Assembly (NCBI RefSeq): GCF_009914755.1
Contig: NC_060928.1
Strand: one strand, 5' to 3'
Length of the DNA: 64,000 nucleotides
DNA from: the human T2T-CHM13v2.0 reference genome, Homo sapiens
The position numbers were made by a program, and so were the translations under genes. The number at the start of each line of letters is the position of its first letter. Position 1 is the first letter of the stretch. The notes beneath the pieces are model-generated. The model was not told the DNA's origin and ran no database searches. It saw nothing but the letters and a program-made list of their open reading frames with translations. Below are positions 15,132 to 26,775 of the stretch, piece after piece.

Positions 15132-18100
15132 AAATCAACAGTTGCACCTGACTTACTCAAAGTCAACTTCTTGGGTTTTTCTCATTTTCATCTATCTTTC
15201 ATACTGGCGAGGAAAAGAATTTTGTGCACTCACATATAATTAAAAAAGCAATCCTGACCCTTCTTCAAACCTAGTCGGCCACACACAATTAGTTATCTGG
15301 AGTACTGAGACTTACAAGGTGATTGCTTATTAACATATAATCTGAAGTCTGTGGTTAGTAGTGAGGAACAGGTTTATAGTGTCACCCAGCTCATACAATA
15401 TTTACACTGCAGAGACCTCTGCGCTTTCTTAACATAAATGTATGAATGACAGATTTTTAGTTAGTGTAACAGAAACAGCAGAGGAGCTGTTTAGTTCATG
15501 ATTGATTTATAGCTGTTCATATCACCCCATCGTCATCTACTCGGAAGGCTGGGCATTCATTTGTGATCTGTCCTTCATGAGCTCTTCACTTCTATTTCCT
15601 ATTCATCCAATTTACTACAGTTAAAATGGTTCAATATCACTTATACAACAGGCCAAATGTGATGGTCTCCTATTACACGTTTTATTTTAAATCACTCACT
15701 CACTCACTGTAAGTGATACCATGGGAATTGAGAATGTTATCAAGGGATTCTAAAAAGCATGATCAACAAAAAAGAGGTGGTGAAAGGTACAAAGAAAAAT
15801 CATCGTCAAATGGCTGCTAATATAGGATCAGTCAGTGGAATTAATTTTTTCATGCTCTATTTTCTCCGTTCTTAATACTCAGTCACACAGCACTGGTGGT
15901 TAGACCAAAACGATATATATTATTTAATGTATGTTTAATATGCTATGTCATATATTCATATATTACATATTTTAACATTTAGTTAGAATCTAATACAGCA
16001 TATTCTATTACATATTGCCAGAAGCCCATGAAAGTAATAAATATCACATAAAACAACTTTGAGTGTTTTTCCTTTGCTCCGTGCTTCTTTAAGTAAAGTG
16101 ATTTCTAATGCTGACTTGGTGCTTAGGCTTTGAAGCAGAAGACTATAACAACAAAGATCAGTACTTTTTCACTCGGTTTGATATTTCATCTCTCTTTGCT
16201 AATGTAATGAAGAGAATCTGGTTAATTTTTCCATAGTTCTTTGGCTATCAGCCATCGTAAACTCAATGTGACAAAATATCCAGTTAGCTGGTACAAAAGA
16301 CAGGTTCTGAGAGGAAGAATGTTGCTTTGCCACTTGATGAAAAACTTTTTATAACCAAACATGCAAAGTGGAAGACAGTTTTAAATTGAGTTTGCAAATC
16401 TGATGTTCTATGGTATTTTCCTTTATAGAATCTCTCACATATCAGAAACCAGGAACTATCAGTGAAGAAGACAGACTTTACACAGATAATAAAAAGTACA
16501 TTTCAAATAGCTTTGGTGAGTTTTCAGAGTCCTCTTGATTTTTTTAGTTGCTTCTAGCATCTCCTGAGTAAAAGACTACTGACTAAGAGATTTGAATACA
16601 TAGGATGCCTAAAGGCACGGTTTCAGGTTCAAAGGATTTCTTCTTCCAACTTAGAACAAAGAAGGGACGAAATGGTGGATACTCCACTTTCATATCACAA
16701 GAGTGAAGGTTATTAAGCCAGGTCCATAAAAGCTCTTTGAAAGCTTAGATGTAAATATCAAATGATGAAAATCCTAGAAGTAATTCAAAACAATGAACTA
16801 GAAGAACGACTTGGTCTCTCCTTCCAAGCAGTTGAAAATATGTAAAAATTTTACTAATGGCAACATTGCTTCACCATATACTTCATTATATTTTTTCTTT
16901 TACTATATTCCTGATTGGCTACAGTTATTAAGTAATCAAACAAGAGGAATGAGATTTTTACAGAGAATTTAGAGCACTATAATGTAAACATGTATGGGTA
17001 CAATTTTTTAAAAGGTATACTGTTTCAAAGTGACCGAATAAAGGGAGAATAAGTCTATAGACAAAGTCTACAAAGTAAAAAAGATACTGTGCTTTGTCTA
17101 ACTAGCCAGAGATGACTATGTAGACAAAAATGTGTTTCTTCCAAATTGTTCATATAATATCCTTTATTGTTGCCTTATATTTTTATACTCTAACAAACAC
17201 ATTCTTATGCTCTTCATAGTCTGTACATTTACATACCAACTTACATATCACATTGTTTAGTTCTTATCAATATTCTATGTTTTCTCTCTCCAAACTATAA
17301 GTTCCTAGAAGACCAGATTAATGTTGGATGGTATTCCAACATCCCTGTTTAGAAACAGAAAAATATAACTTAAATTAGTCAAATGAAGTATTATTAAATA
17401 ACTCCTAGAGAAAGGAAGTATTATTAAATAGCTTCTAGATGAAGGAAGTTAAATATTTGCAAGTGCATACATAGCACACTTTATGATTTTTATAAACTGT
17501 GCCATTTCAGTACGTTTAAATTTTGAATAAAATCCTGGACATTTCCCATATGAATGAAGAAGTTTTTAGAGTACTGACACCAATAATTTTTCCAAGAAAA
17601 ATAACAGATTGTATGGCAGCTGAAACCTGAGTATATAAGTAAATATGGCAGATCTAGTAGTTGTTTCTACAAACCAAAGGATGGGCTCCTGAGTTTTGTG
17701 TTTACAAGTATCTCATCCTTCAAAGAAAGATCTGCTCTGTTCCATAATGACACGTATCATTAAAAAGTCACATCTTTTTGTGAGTCAGTGTCTGATTGTT
17801 TTCCTTTCTTAGAAATATCTACCATATTCTATCATCTTTTAAATTTCATGTATAGTCTTATGGTGTATATCTCATGCCTTAAGAAAACCCTGTATTTGAA
17901 GGTAATAACAGATATATTAAAACTTATAATTCTTCAATTTTCCATCTACTGAAAGATTATTAACTATTAACTAGTTATCTCTTTTTAATAATATTAAAAG
18001 CTATATTAAAGGAGTGGCATTTGGCAGGAAATACTATAATTTATTTTTAAAGTTCCCTCTATGACTGTTGCTATAAAAGAGAAATAATTTAATATAATTT

Positions 18101-18164
18101 CATTCATTCATTCACAAGTCTTTAATTATTTTGTCCCAGGACCATGAAATGATAACAAAATTTT

Positions 18165-19252
18165 TAAAGACAGATTTAAATTTTATCATGAATCTAATAT
18201 ATAGCCTTTTATATATGAGGCTGGAACATTTTCATACAATGTATTTTTTTCCCCTGTCTACAGTGGGGATCAATGTTTGCTACAAGTCTCTTCCTGCTCT
18301 TAAATTGTACAGATACACATCTGCGGCCCATTTAAGTAACCTACTGCACCCATTGGAACCATTGGAAAGCTATTTACTAGACTCAAAAGAGCAGTGATTT
18401 CTGCCTTAAAGTGTTCACATTTAAACCAACAGACTTTCTCAAATGAAAAACATAAAGAAATAAAAACACAAGAACCTTACTGAAAACAAAGACTCATCAT
18501 TTTCTCAAAGAAAAGCCCCCTGGCATGAATAAACCATGAATGTACAGATCTAGGAGTGGTATAAGAATAACAAAATTTATAGCTTATCAAATGTTTCTAT
18601 TTCTTTCCTTCAAACAAGTACCATGGGATTTTTTCAGAATCTGTATTTCTGTTTCTCAAACAATGAACAAAGACTTTTAAAAATCTTTTGGTAGGGGTCG
18701 CTGTCTCAGGCGCTGATTATAAAGAGATGAACATTTCCTTTAATGATTCTGTCAGTTACTTAGCCCAAATTACACTCTCTGAATAACAGTTTCCTTGCTG
18801 TCAATTTCATCTTATGATTGAAATAAATCCTATCAGTATTTAGCCCAATACCGGGCACATGTTATTCAATTGATGGTAGGTATTACTGTTTTGCATATAT
18901 CAAATATTGTTTTCAATGTTTCATTTATCAAATCAGATAAATTGATGTCTGTTGGGACAATTCTAATAGTAAAAAGGGTCACTATTGATACTACATGGAT
19001 ATAAAGGGAAAGGACTATAATTGTCCCAGACTTTTCAGTACATATGATTGACATAACGTGACTATGCCAAATACCAGGAACCCAAAAAGCAACAAGACAG
19101 AGTATCCAACCACAAATAGTTCAAGGTCTAGAATCCTTTTATGCTGGCTATAATTAAATTGCAAGAGGCACAAAACATTGTGTGAAAATGTTCCAGCCTC
19201 ATATATAAAAGGCTATATATTAGGCTCATGATAAAATTTAAATCTGTCTTTA
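18165..19252. repeat. Inverted repeat pair: 78-bp arms at 18165-18242 and 19175-19252, 932-bp spacer
   Basis: Left arm TAAAGACAGATTTAAATTTTATCATGAATCTAATATATAGCCTTTTATATATGAGGCTGGAACATTTTCATACAATGT equals the reverse complement of the right arm at 75 of 78 positions. Confidence 0.95.
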
Positions 19253-19789
19253 CAAAAAATTAAAAATTTGATTTCATTGAATTATCATGGTCTCAAAATA
19301 GTTTTATTTCTTGTGTTTTATCAGATATTTTTTATTTCATAGGTTTAGAATATTAGGGTGTAAAATAAGATAAGTTAATGGCCAAGCAATTTCCTATTTA
19401 GTAAATTTCCATTGTTTGTTATAGTAAGTATCTACATGAGCTCAAATCATTTAGAGCAATAAATTAAGCCTGATCTCTGACATCAACTTAAGGTCACCAA
19501 AATGTCATGAGAGCCAAACTTTGCATATGTGTAGATTATATCACTCATATAACAACTGCATGGAATGGCTACAAGGTTTCTACAGTCTCACGTCTACCTT
19601 CTTAGAAAACTGCAGCATCTCCCTCATTTTCTTCCTTTTTATCTGCTTTTTTATTTTCAATAAAAGGCAATTGATCTTAGTGATAAATTTCCAAATCACA
19701 TTAACAGAAATTTTAGAAAATAAAAAAATCTAATGCTACTAAACATAAAAGAGATCCTCATTCTTTCCTCTAAATGGGTAAGTGTAAAT

Positions 19790-20310
19790 GTAGTTACCAT
19801 TTCAAATAAATCAGACTAAAAATCATTTAAAATATTCATATTGCCCAGTGTTTGTGGAAAAGTGATAAAAAGAGAATTTGTATATAGTGCTTAGGACAAA
19901 CACACTTTGGGAAGACATTTGGCAGTATCTGCCTAAATTTTACCTTTCTGCATATTTACTATACTAACATTCACATATATGTTGAGCCATATATTAAAAT
20001 GCTTATTGTGTTATTACTTGCAATAGCGAAAAAATTAGAAAGAACCTATAATAGAATACTACATTGCAATGAAATTAAATTAGTTCTACATTCACCAAAG
20101 TGACAAACGATGAAAAATAATGCTGACAGTAAAAGTTGTCAAGTTATACGTGAAATATTTGTCAATTCCATAAAGTTTGAAACCAACAAAACAATAATAT
20201 GTTCTGAATTAGCGATAGACACACACAGAGCAAATACATGGAGTACAAAAAGTCATAACTTCAGGATAATGTTTACGTTTGGAAAGGTTTATGACAGAAT
20301 AAGAAGTAGA
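19790..20310 (+). mobile_element. Ancient L1ME-class 3' region fragment
   Basis: CACTTTGGGAAGACATTTGGCAGTATCT, AAATGCTTATTG...TTGCAATAGCGAAAAAATTAGAAAGAACCTA and AACTTCAGGATAATGTTTAC. Confidence 0.65.
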
Positions 20311-20482
20311 GTCTCTACTTTTAAAATGCAAGAAGAATGAAAAATGTCTTAAGCATTTCTTTTTTAAATTAGATCTATATTTTCAACCACTAACTCCTAT
20401 GATTTGGTAGAAAAATCTGAGCATAATAACTGCCGGCTACTGGAACATACTAGGAAGTAAAGTTCTGGGTATCTTTATTAAT

Positions 20483-20778
20483 ATTATTTTTTAACTTTTA
20501 TTTTAAGTGCAGGGGTTCAAGTGCAGGTTTGTTACACAGGTAAACTTGTGTCATGGAGGGCTATCGTACAGGTCATTTCATCACTTAGGTATTAAGCCCG
20601 GTGTCCACTAATTGTTTTTCCTGATTCTCTCCCTCCTCCCATTCTCCACTCTCCGAAAGGCCCCAGTGAGTGTTGTTCCCCTCTACGTGTCCGTTTGTTC
20701 TCATCATTTAGCTCCCACTTATAAGTGAGAACATGCAGTATTTGGTTTTCTGATCCAGTGGTAGTTTGCTAAGGATAA
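20483..20778 (-). mobile_element. L1PA13-like 3' end
   Basis: TTTTAACTTTTATTTTAAG...GTGCAGGTTTGTTACACAGGTAAACTTGTGTCATGG...CTCCGAAAGGCCCCAGTG...GCTCCCACTTATAAGTGAGAACATGCAGTATTTGG. Confidence 0.9.
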
Positions 20779-23700
20779 ACATTTTGGTTAAATAAATGAA
20801 TATTTAAGAGTTTAATATTACCAGACATTTTGTTTTATTATAGGGCTGGAATTTTAAAGTATGGTCAGCTTGAAATAAAATCTATCAACAATTTGACCAG
20901 AAAATGTTAGATAACAAAATGTTTCCTAACCCATTTCTTACATAATGAGAGAGAAAAAGCTTGCTGTAGATGTTTGCAAAATATAATTATAAAAGGGGAA
21001 CTCAGCTAAGCATCACACGTCGGCAAAACCATAGGTGCTCTGAGTCAAAACATCACAGAAGAAATGAGCACCTTCTAAATGTAGCCTAACAAATCTAAAA
21101 TTAAACTGAAATATAATGTGCCTTAATTTAAGTAATATTTTTTGCAAAGACAAAAATATGTTTCTTAAAGAGTGTAGTGTTTCCACTGAAGTACATTTTG
21201 TGCACTCAAGAAATATATTTAATTCGCTTCTTCCTCCGCCCTCCTCCTATCCTTAAGAGAAAAAAAAAGTCGTTAGTTTTCCCTGTTGCTTAAAAAAATC
21301 CGTAGAGAATTCAATGTGTACAGGCACTTGTTTATTAAAATCCATCTTTTATTGTTTAATTCACGAATTTCCAAGAGGGAAATACGTAGTTCAAGATATC
21401 CAGTGATTTGCATACTATGTACTTGTCAACAAATAGGTAGAGTTGAGATTACTTTCATTTCCCTTTGTTTCATGTTATTTTTTTTCCAACTTTGGTTAAA
21501 TCTGAATTTTAATTCTGCTCACATTCTGCCATTCCTAGGAAAGTGGCCTGAAGCGGACAGCAAGAGGAGTGCACTAAATCGAGCACTTAAATCACTTCTT
21601 TCCCCGTTCCATAACCAATTTAAAGACCATTCTGGCATTAATGCTCGGAAATAATATACTGTCAAGGCTGACACAGCAGAAGGACTCTACTTCAAATTAT
21701 AGGATAGTCCAGGTGACCATGCAATTACAATTAACCCACTGCCCACAATGTCAGTGATAAACAGCTATGCAAGTCATGGTCTAGGAAAGCACTGAGGTAA
21801 TATTGAAGTTATTTCTGAGGTTTTAGAGTGTTTAAAAACTATGTTCAATTAAAACATCTCACAGTTTCAAAAATTGGTTGCATAGTGAATGTAATAAATT
21901 TTCTTTTAAAACAACTATAGTATAAGACATAATAAACACAATTCAAAGAATATCAGATATACAATTGGTGCTCAAGAAACTTTTATGAAAAAAAATAAAA
22001 GAATACAAGCACATTTGCAAAAATCCACAATCTTTCAAATCCCCAAACAGTGGTCTAATGTTTGGAATGGCTTCTCAAAGCCTAATTTTTGCATCATCAA
22101 GTTATACAAATTAATGATTATGCTGATCTACTAACCTTAATATAAATAAATTTATTGTTTCCTTTGAGTCTCATAAACATATATGTATACCTATGTTTAT
22201 CTGTGTGCATACGTATGCATATTATATGCACACACACAAATGCATATTATATGCACACACACAAATACAACATATTCAGTTATGTACATCCTTCAGAGAA
22301 AGAAAGAAAAAAACAACAAAAAAAGAAAGACCAAGAGGGAGAGACAGAAAGACGGTAAAAACCCCTGGAAATTTCACCATACATACTCATATAATTTTCA
22401 TTGTGCATATGTTAGATACATAATAAATCTACACAATTGCTTATTAATAAATGTCATGGTTTCAGTTTTCAACCCTGAATCACATAAGTGTGCTTGCATA
22501 TATGAAACTGGAACAATGACATGAACGTATATAACTCTTGCTCTATTACTATATATCTAGGTAGAACTCAATACATTAAATTGGTATGATTGGAATTATA
22601 ATTAATAGTCTACAAATAACTCAATGATCCATTCTTACAAAGTTCTGGTGGGTGTTGTTATTGGCCATTAGAAAGCAATATTTTCTAATTTAAAATAATA
22701 TCGAAATTATACACATTGGAAACATTGATACCTAAGGTTATACTAATATATACAAATAAGATATTTGAGAAAGCAATGACAATATCTATCAACAATTTTA
22801 AAAAACATAACTATGTGTCCTTTGTTGTGACAGGTGCCAGGTGAATACAGAGATAATATAAGTTTTGAAAATTATTATAATCTAGCTGGGGAAAATCTAT
22901 CACAGATGTCTTAAAAATAGGATTATTACATTTAGTTCAAACTATTTTGGGGAGGAAACTCAAGAACAACTTTTATAGAAAAAATATATGGAACTACTGG
23001 GATTAGAGCTATGCCCAGTAATAGAAAAAACATAATCTTGGCTCAGGTGAAATAAAGAGATTACCAGAGCATAGATTTAACGGCTGTTACTATGAGCAGT
23101 TGATTCTGAAAATAAAGATTAAAGACTTTAAAAATAAGACAAATAAACTTAAAATCCAATTGGCAGAAAATACTAAGCTATCGTATATATGTATGTAAAC
23201 AGGTGTACATTTGTGTGTGTGTGTGTGCGTGTTTATGATGTGTTTGTTGTGTGTGTTTGTACAGGAGCACAAAGGAATAATATGGTCAACAGAGAACTAA
23301 GGATTCTTTGAATGTATGGTCAGTTAGAAATTCAGTGTAAATTATAGAAATTGTTGAATAAATTGTAGAAATCCAGCATAAATTGAGAAACTATATTAGC
23401 ATCATAGCTTATGTGGATAGCGAAGAAAATGGGGTGTAAGGCAATTTCTGAATGACAGACTTCTGATAATTTTCTTGTTTCTGATTTTATAGAACTAACC
23501 TGACCTCTCCTAAGCCTCAGCTTCTTAATATAGGTATTATGAATTGAAATGGATAATAGTACTATGGTGAATACAGCCAGATGCCTATCCACTACCCATT
23601 CTTTCCTTTTTGCTTAGGAACAGAATCTCTATATTGGATGTAACAGTGTGTCCAACAATAAGCTGACATTTATCACCTCTCCTTGCAGAATAGAGGTGGA

Positions 23701-23789
23701 GAGAATTCAATGAGATATAAGTGAAAGTATAATAGTCGTATGTTGCTTCCAGGAATTTGCTTTAAAGGGTGCTGATTTAGCTGGATGGA

Positions 23790-24129
<340 letters not shown>

Positions 24130-24240
24130 TTTTTTTTCATTTTTACCCTTTCCTCCTTCCTCCCTGGAAAGTGGAGTTGATGTTTGGTAATCCAGAAGTC
24201 ATGCAGGGCTAGAACAGGAGTTTCTTTAAGAATGAAAGCT

Positions 24241-24582
24241 ATATACTGAGATGTCTTTGCAGAATGACCATGATCCAGGAATCTGATCATAAAGAGGATA
24301 TACTGAGATGTCTTTGCAGAATGACCATGATCCAGGAATCTGATCATAAAGAGGATATACTGAGATGTCTTTGCAGAATGACAATGATCCAGGAATCTGA
24401 TGATAAAGAGGATATACTGAGATGTCTTTGCAGAATGACAATGATCCAGGAATCTGATCATAAAGAGGATATACTGAGATGTCTTTGCAGAATGACCATG
24501 ATCCAGGAATCTGATCATAAAGAGGATATACTGAGATGTCTTTGCAGAATGACAATGATCCAGGAATCTGATGATAAAGAGG
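24241..24582. repeat. Minisatellite/VNTR, 6 x 57 bp
   Basis: Unit ATATACTGAGATGTCTTTGCAGAATGAC(C/A)ATGATCCAGGAATCTGAT(C/G)ATAAAGAGG starting at 24241, 24298, 24355, 24412, 24469 and 24526. Confidence 0.98.
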
Positions 24583-25519
24583 TACCATATCAGTCTTGTG
24601 CTTAGTAACTCTCAGGCTTCTTTTACATGAAAAAATAAATAAATTTCACCTACCTAGGTCTTTGGGCTTTCACTTGTATTAAGCAAAACTAGTTCTAATG
24701 AATACATAAGCCTATCTCAAAAGACTGTTGTATTAAATAAGGCCATGTGTATACGAGGCTTAATATGCTTAAATAATACATAATATATTATTTTCGTCAG
24801 TTTTAAATCTACATAAAGTGTTAGAACTTATAAAAACTATCTTATTGTGCCATAATTAAGTACACTAGGCAGGATAAATGTGATTATCCTTATCTTAATA
24901 TTTGGAAACTCAGGGTTGGTGTAGAAAGCTATCAATTTTTCTTTAAAAATCCTGCATAAATTAAATCTCATTTTTGACAACGAGTACTCTTTAAAAAGTA
25001 GAAAAGCTTTCCCTTATTTTCAAGTGGTTATCAATTAGTAATGGAATTTAATGTGACTTTTAAAATCTCCCATGAAGTAATGAAAGCTTCTCATAATTTC
25101 ACACTTAACTATCGTCATTCTCTATTTGAAAGAAAATTATTTAAATATTTTATTAAACTAATGATATTTTAGTAATATTATAATCTCTAGTTCAGACACA
25201 TAAAATTCAGGTACCAGGTGTTATTAACTGTGATTTCAGTCTATTTCAGTATAATAATAGACCAATCCTATGTAGCTTTACACTATTTTGAAGTTTTATG
25301 TTTTCCATTAGCTTCATTATTTTTGAAATTCCTTTATTTTTCCTGTTTCCTGGGTCCTGTCTTATTCTTTTGAAATCATTTATTATTTTTCCAATAGCTC
25401 TTTTTTTTTTTTACTTTCAACTCCCCAATTTTCGTTGAATCTCTCACCAGCTGTATTGGTTACAGTTTTTTTTTTTTTTTGTAACTCCCTTTTAATCTCT
25501 TTTTTTATACTCTCTGTCT

Positions 25520-25920
25520 AATAAATCTTCTAGTGCATAAAACAACTGTAACCTCTATGCACTTGATTTCCAAAATTATACTTTCAGATCTCAAGTATTT
25601 TCCAGCTATAGGCATAGTTTTTTAATGGTCTCTTTAAGAGTAACATTTTATGGCCATCATTGCCAGCATCTAAACAGTTATTTGTCATACACAGTTCATT
25701 CGCTCCAATTTTCAATTGTCTTTTCTTTCTGTCTATTTATTTTGGTCAGTAGCACAGTCATGCTTCCATCCCCCTAAACTCAAAACAAAACAGTGCATTT
25801 TGACTCTTCCTTGTCTGTGGCACACACTCAGTCAAACTTTCCATTAATATTTTTTTTTCAGTAACATCACCTACTTCCCACTTCAATTTCAATTATTCTA
25901 ATCCAGGTCCTCATTCTAAA
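25520..25920 (+). mobile_element. Degraded L2 fragment
   Basis: CTCTATGCACTTGATTTCCAAAATTATA...CAGCATCTAAAC...TTTTGACTCTTCC...CTAATCCAGGTCCTCATT resembles the L2 3' region. Confidence 0.5.
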
Positions 25921-26129
25921 TACCAAATCAATGCTGAAATAAATTATTCTGTAAACCTAACTAAGATAAGACAATTTGTGTACTCCTTCTCCTTGGTAGG
26001 CTTGCTGCTTAAGGCTTAAGGAATGTTAAAAAAATTAATTTAATTATTATACATATTGTTTTCCATTTGAAAAATTTTTGCCATATCTTTACTTCTACAT
26101 AGAATGCTGAAATTTATAAAACCATTTTT

Positions 26130-26280
26130 TTGTGCCATGACTAAATAAGCTAGGCAGGATAAATATTATTATTCTTATTTTAATATTTAGAAACTCAGGA
26201 TTGGCACAATTTAATGTATGGTTTAAAGTGACACACAAAAATGGAAGTGTCTGAATTACAACTCAGGTTTGTGTCATTTT
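26130..26280 (-). mobile_element. MIR SINE core, with a partial duplicate at 24808-24919
   Basis: TATTATTATTCTTATTTTAATATTTAGAAACTCAGG...AAAGTGACACACA...AACTCAGGTTTGTG follows the antisense MIR core. Confidence 0.6.
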
Positions 26281-26444
26281 TGTTTTGTTGTCTGATAAGA
26301 AAAGTATATATTATGTAGTATCTTCTTTTATTATCTCATGAGGTCAGAATATTATAACTAAAATTGTGAATATCAACTTTAAAATTAAATGATCAAGAGA
26401 TTTTTCCACCACACAAGTCCTTTACTTATTGAAAGAGGGATGAG

Positions 26445-26775
<331 letters not shown>

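Noticed and set aside
18165-19252. Reading the inverted-repeat unit as a DNA transposon or MITE with long TIRs
   Set aside because: No TSD, no recognisable TIR terminus, no transposase remnant, and the spacer holds old L2-like fragments. Arms 96% identical would be too young for known human DNA transposons unless homogenised. Kept as an inversion candidate instead.
24241-24582. CRISPR-like array, or alpha satellite (3 x 57 = 171 bp)
   Set aside because: Units are contiguous with no unique spacers and no cas genes. The sequence does not resemble alphoid DNA, so the 171-bp period is coincidental.
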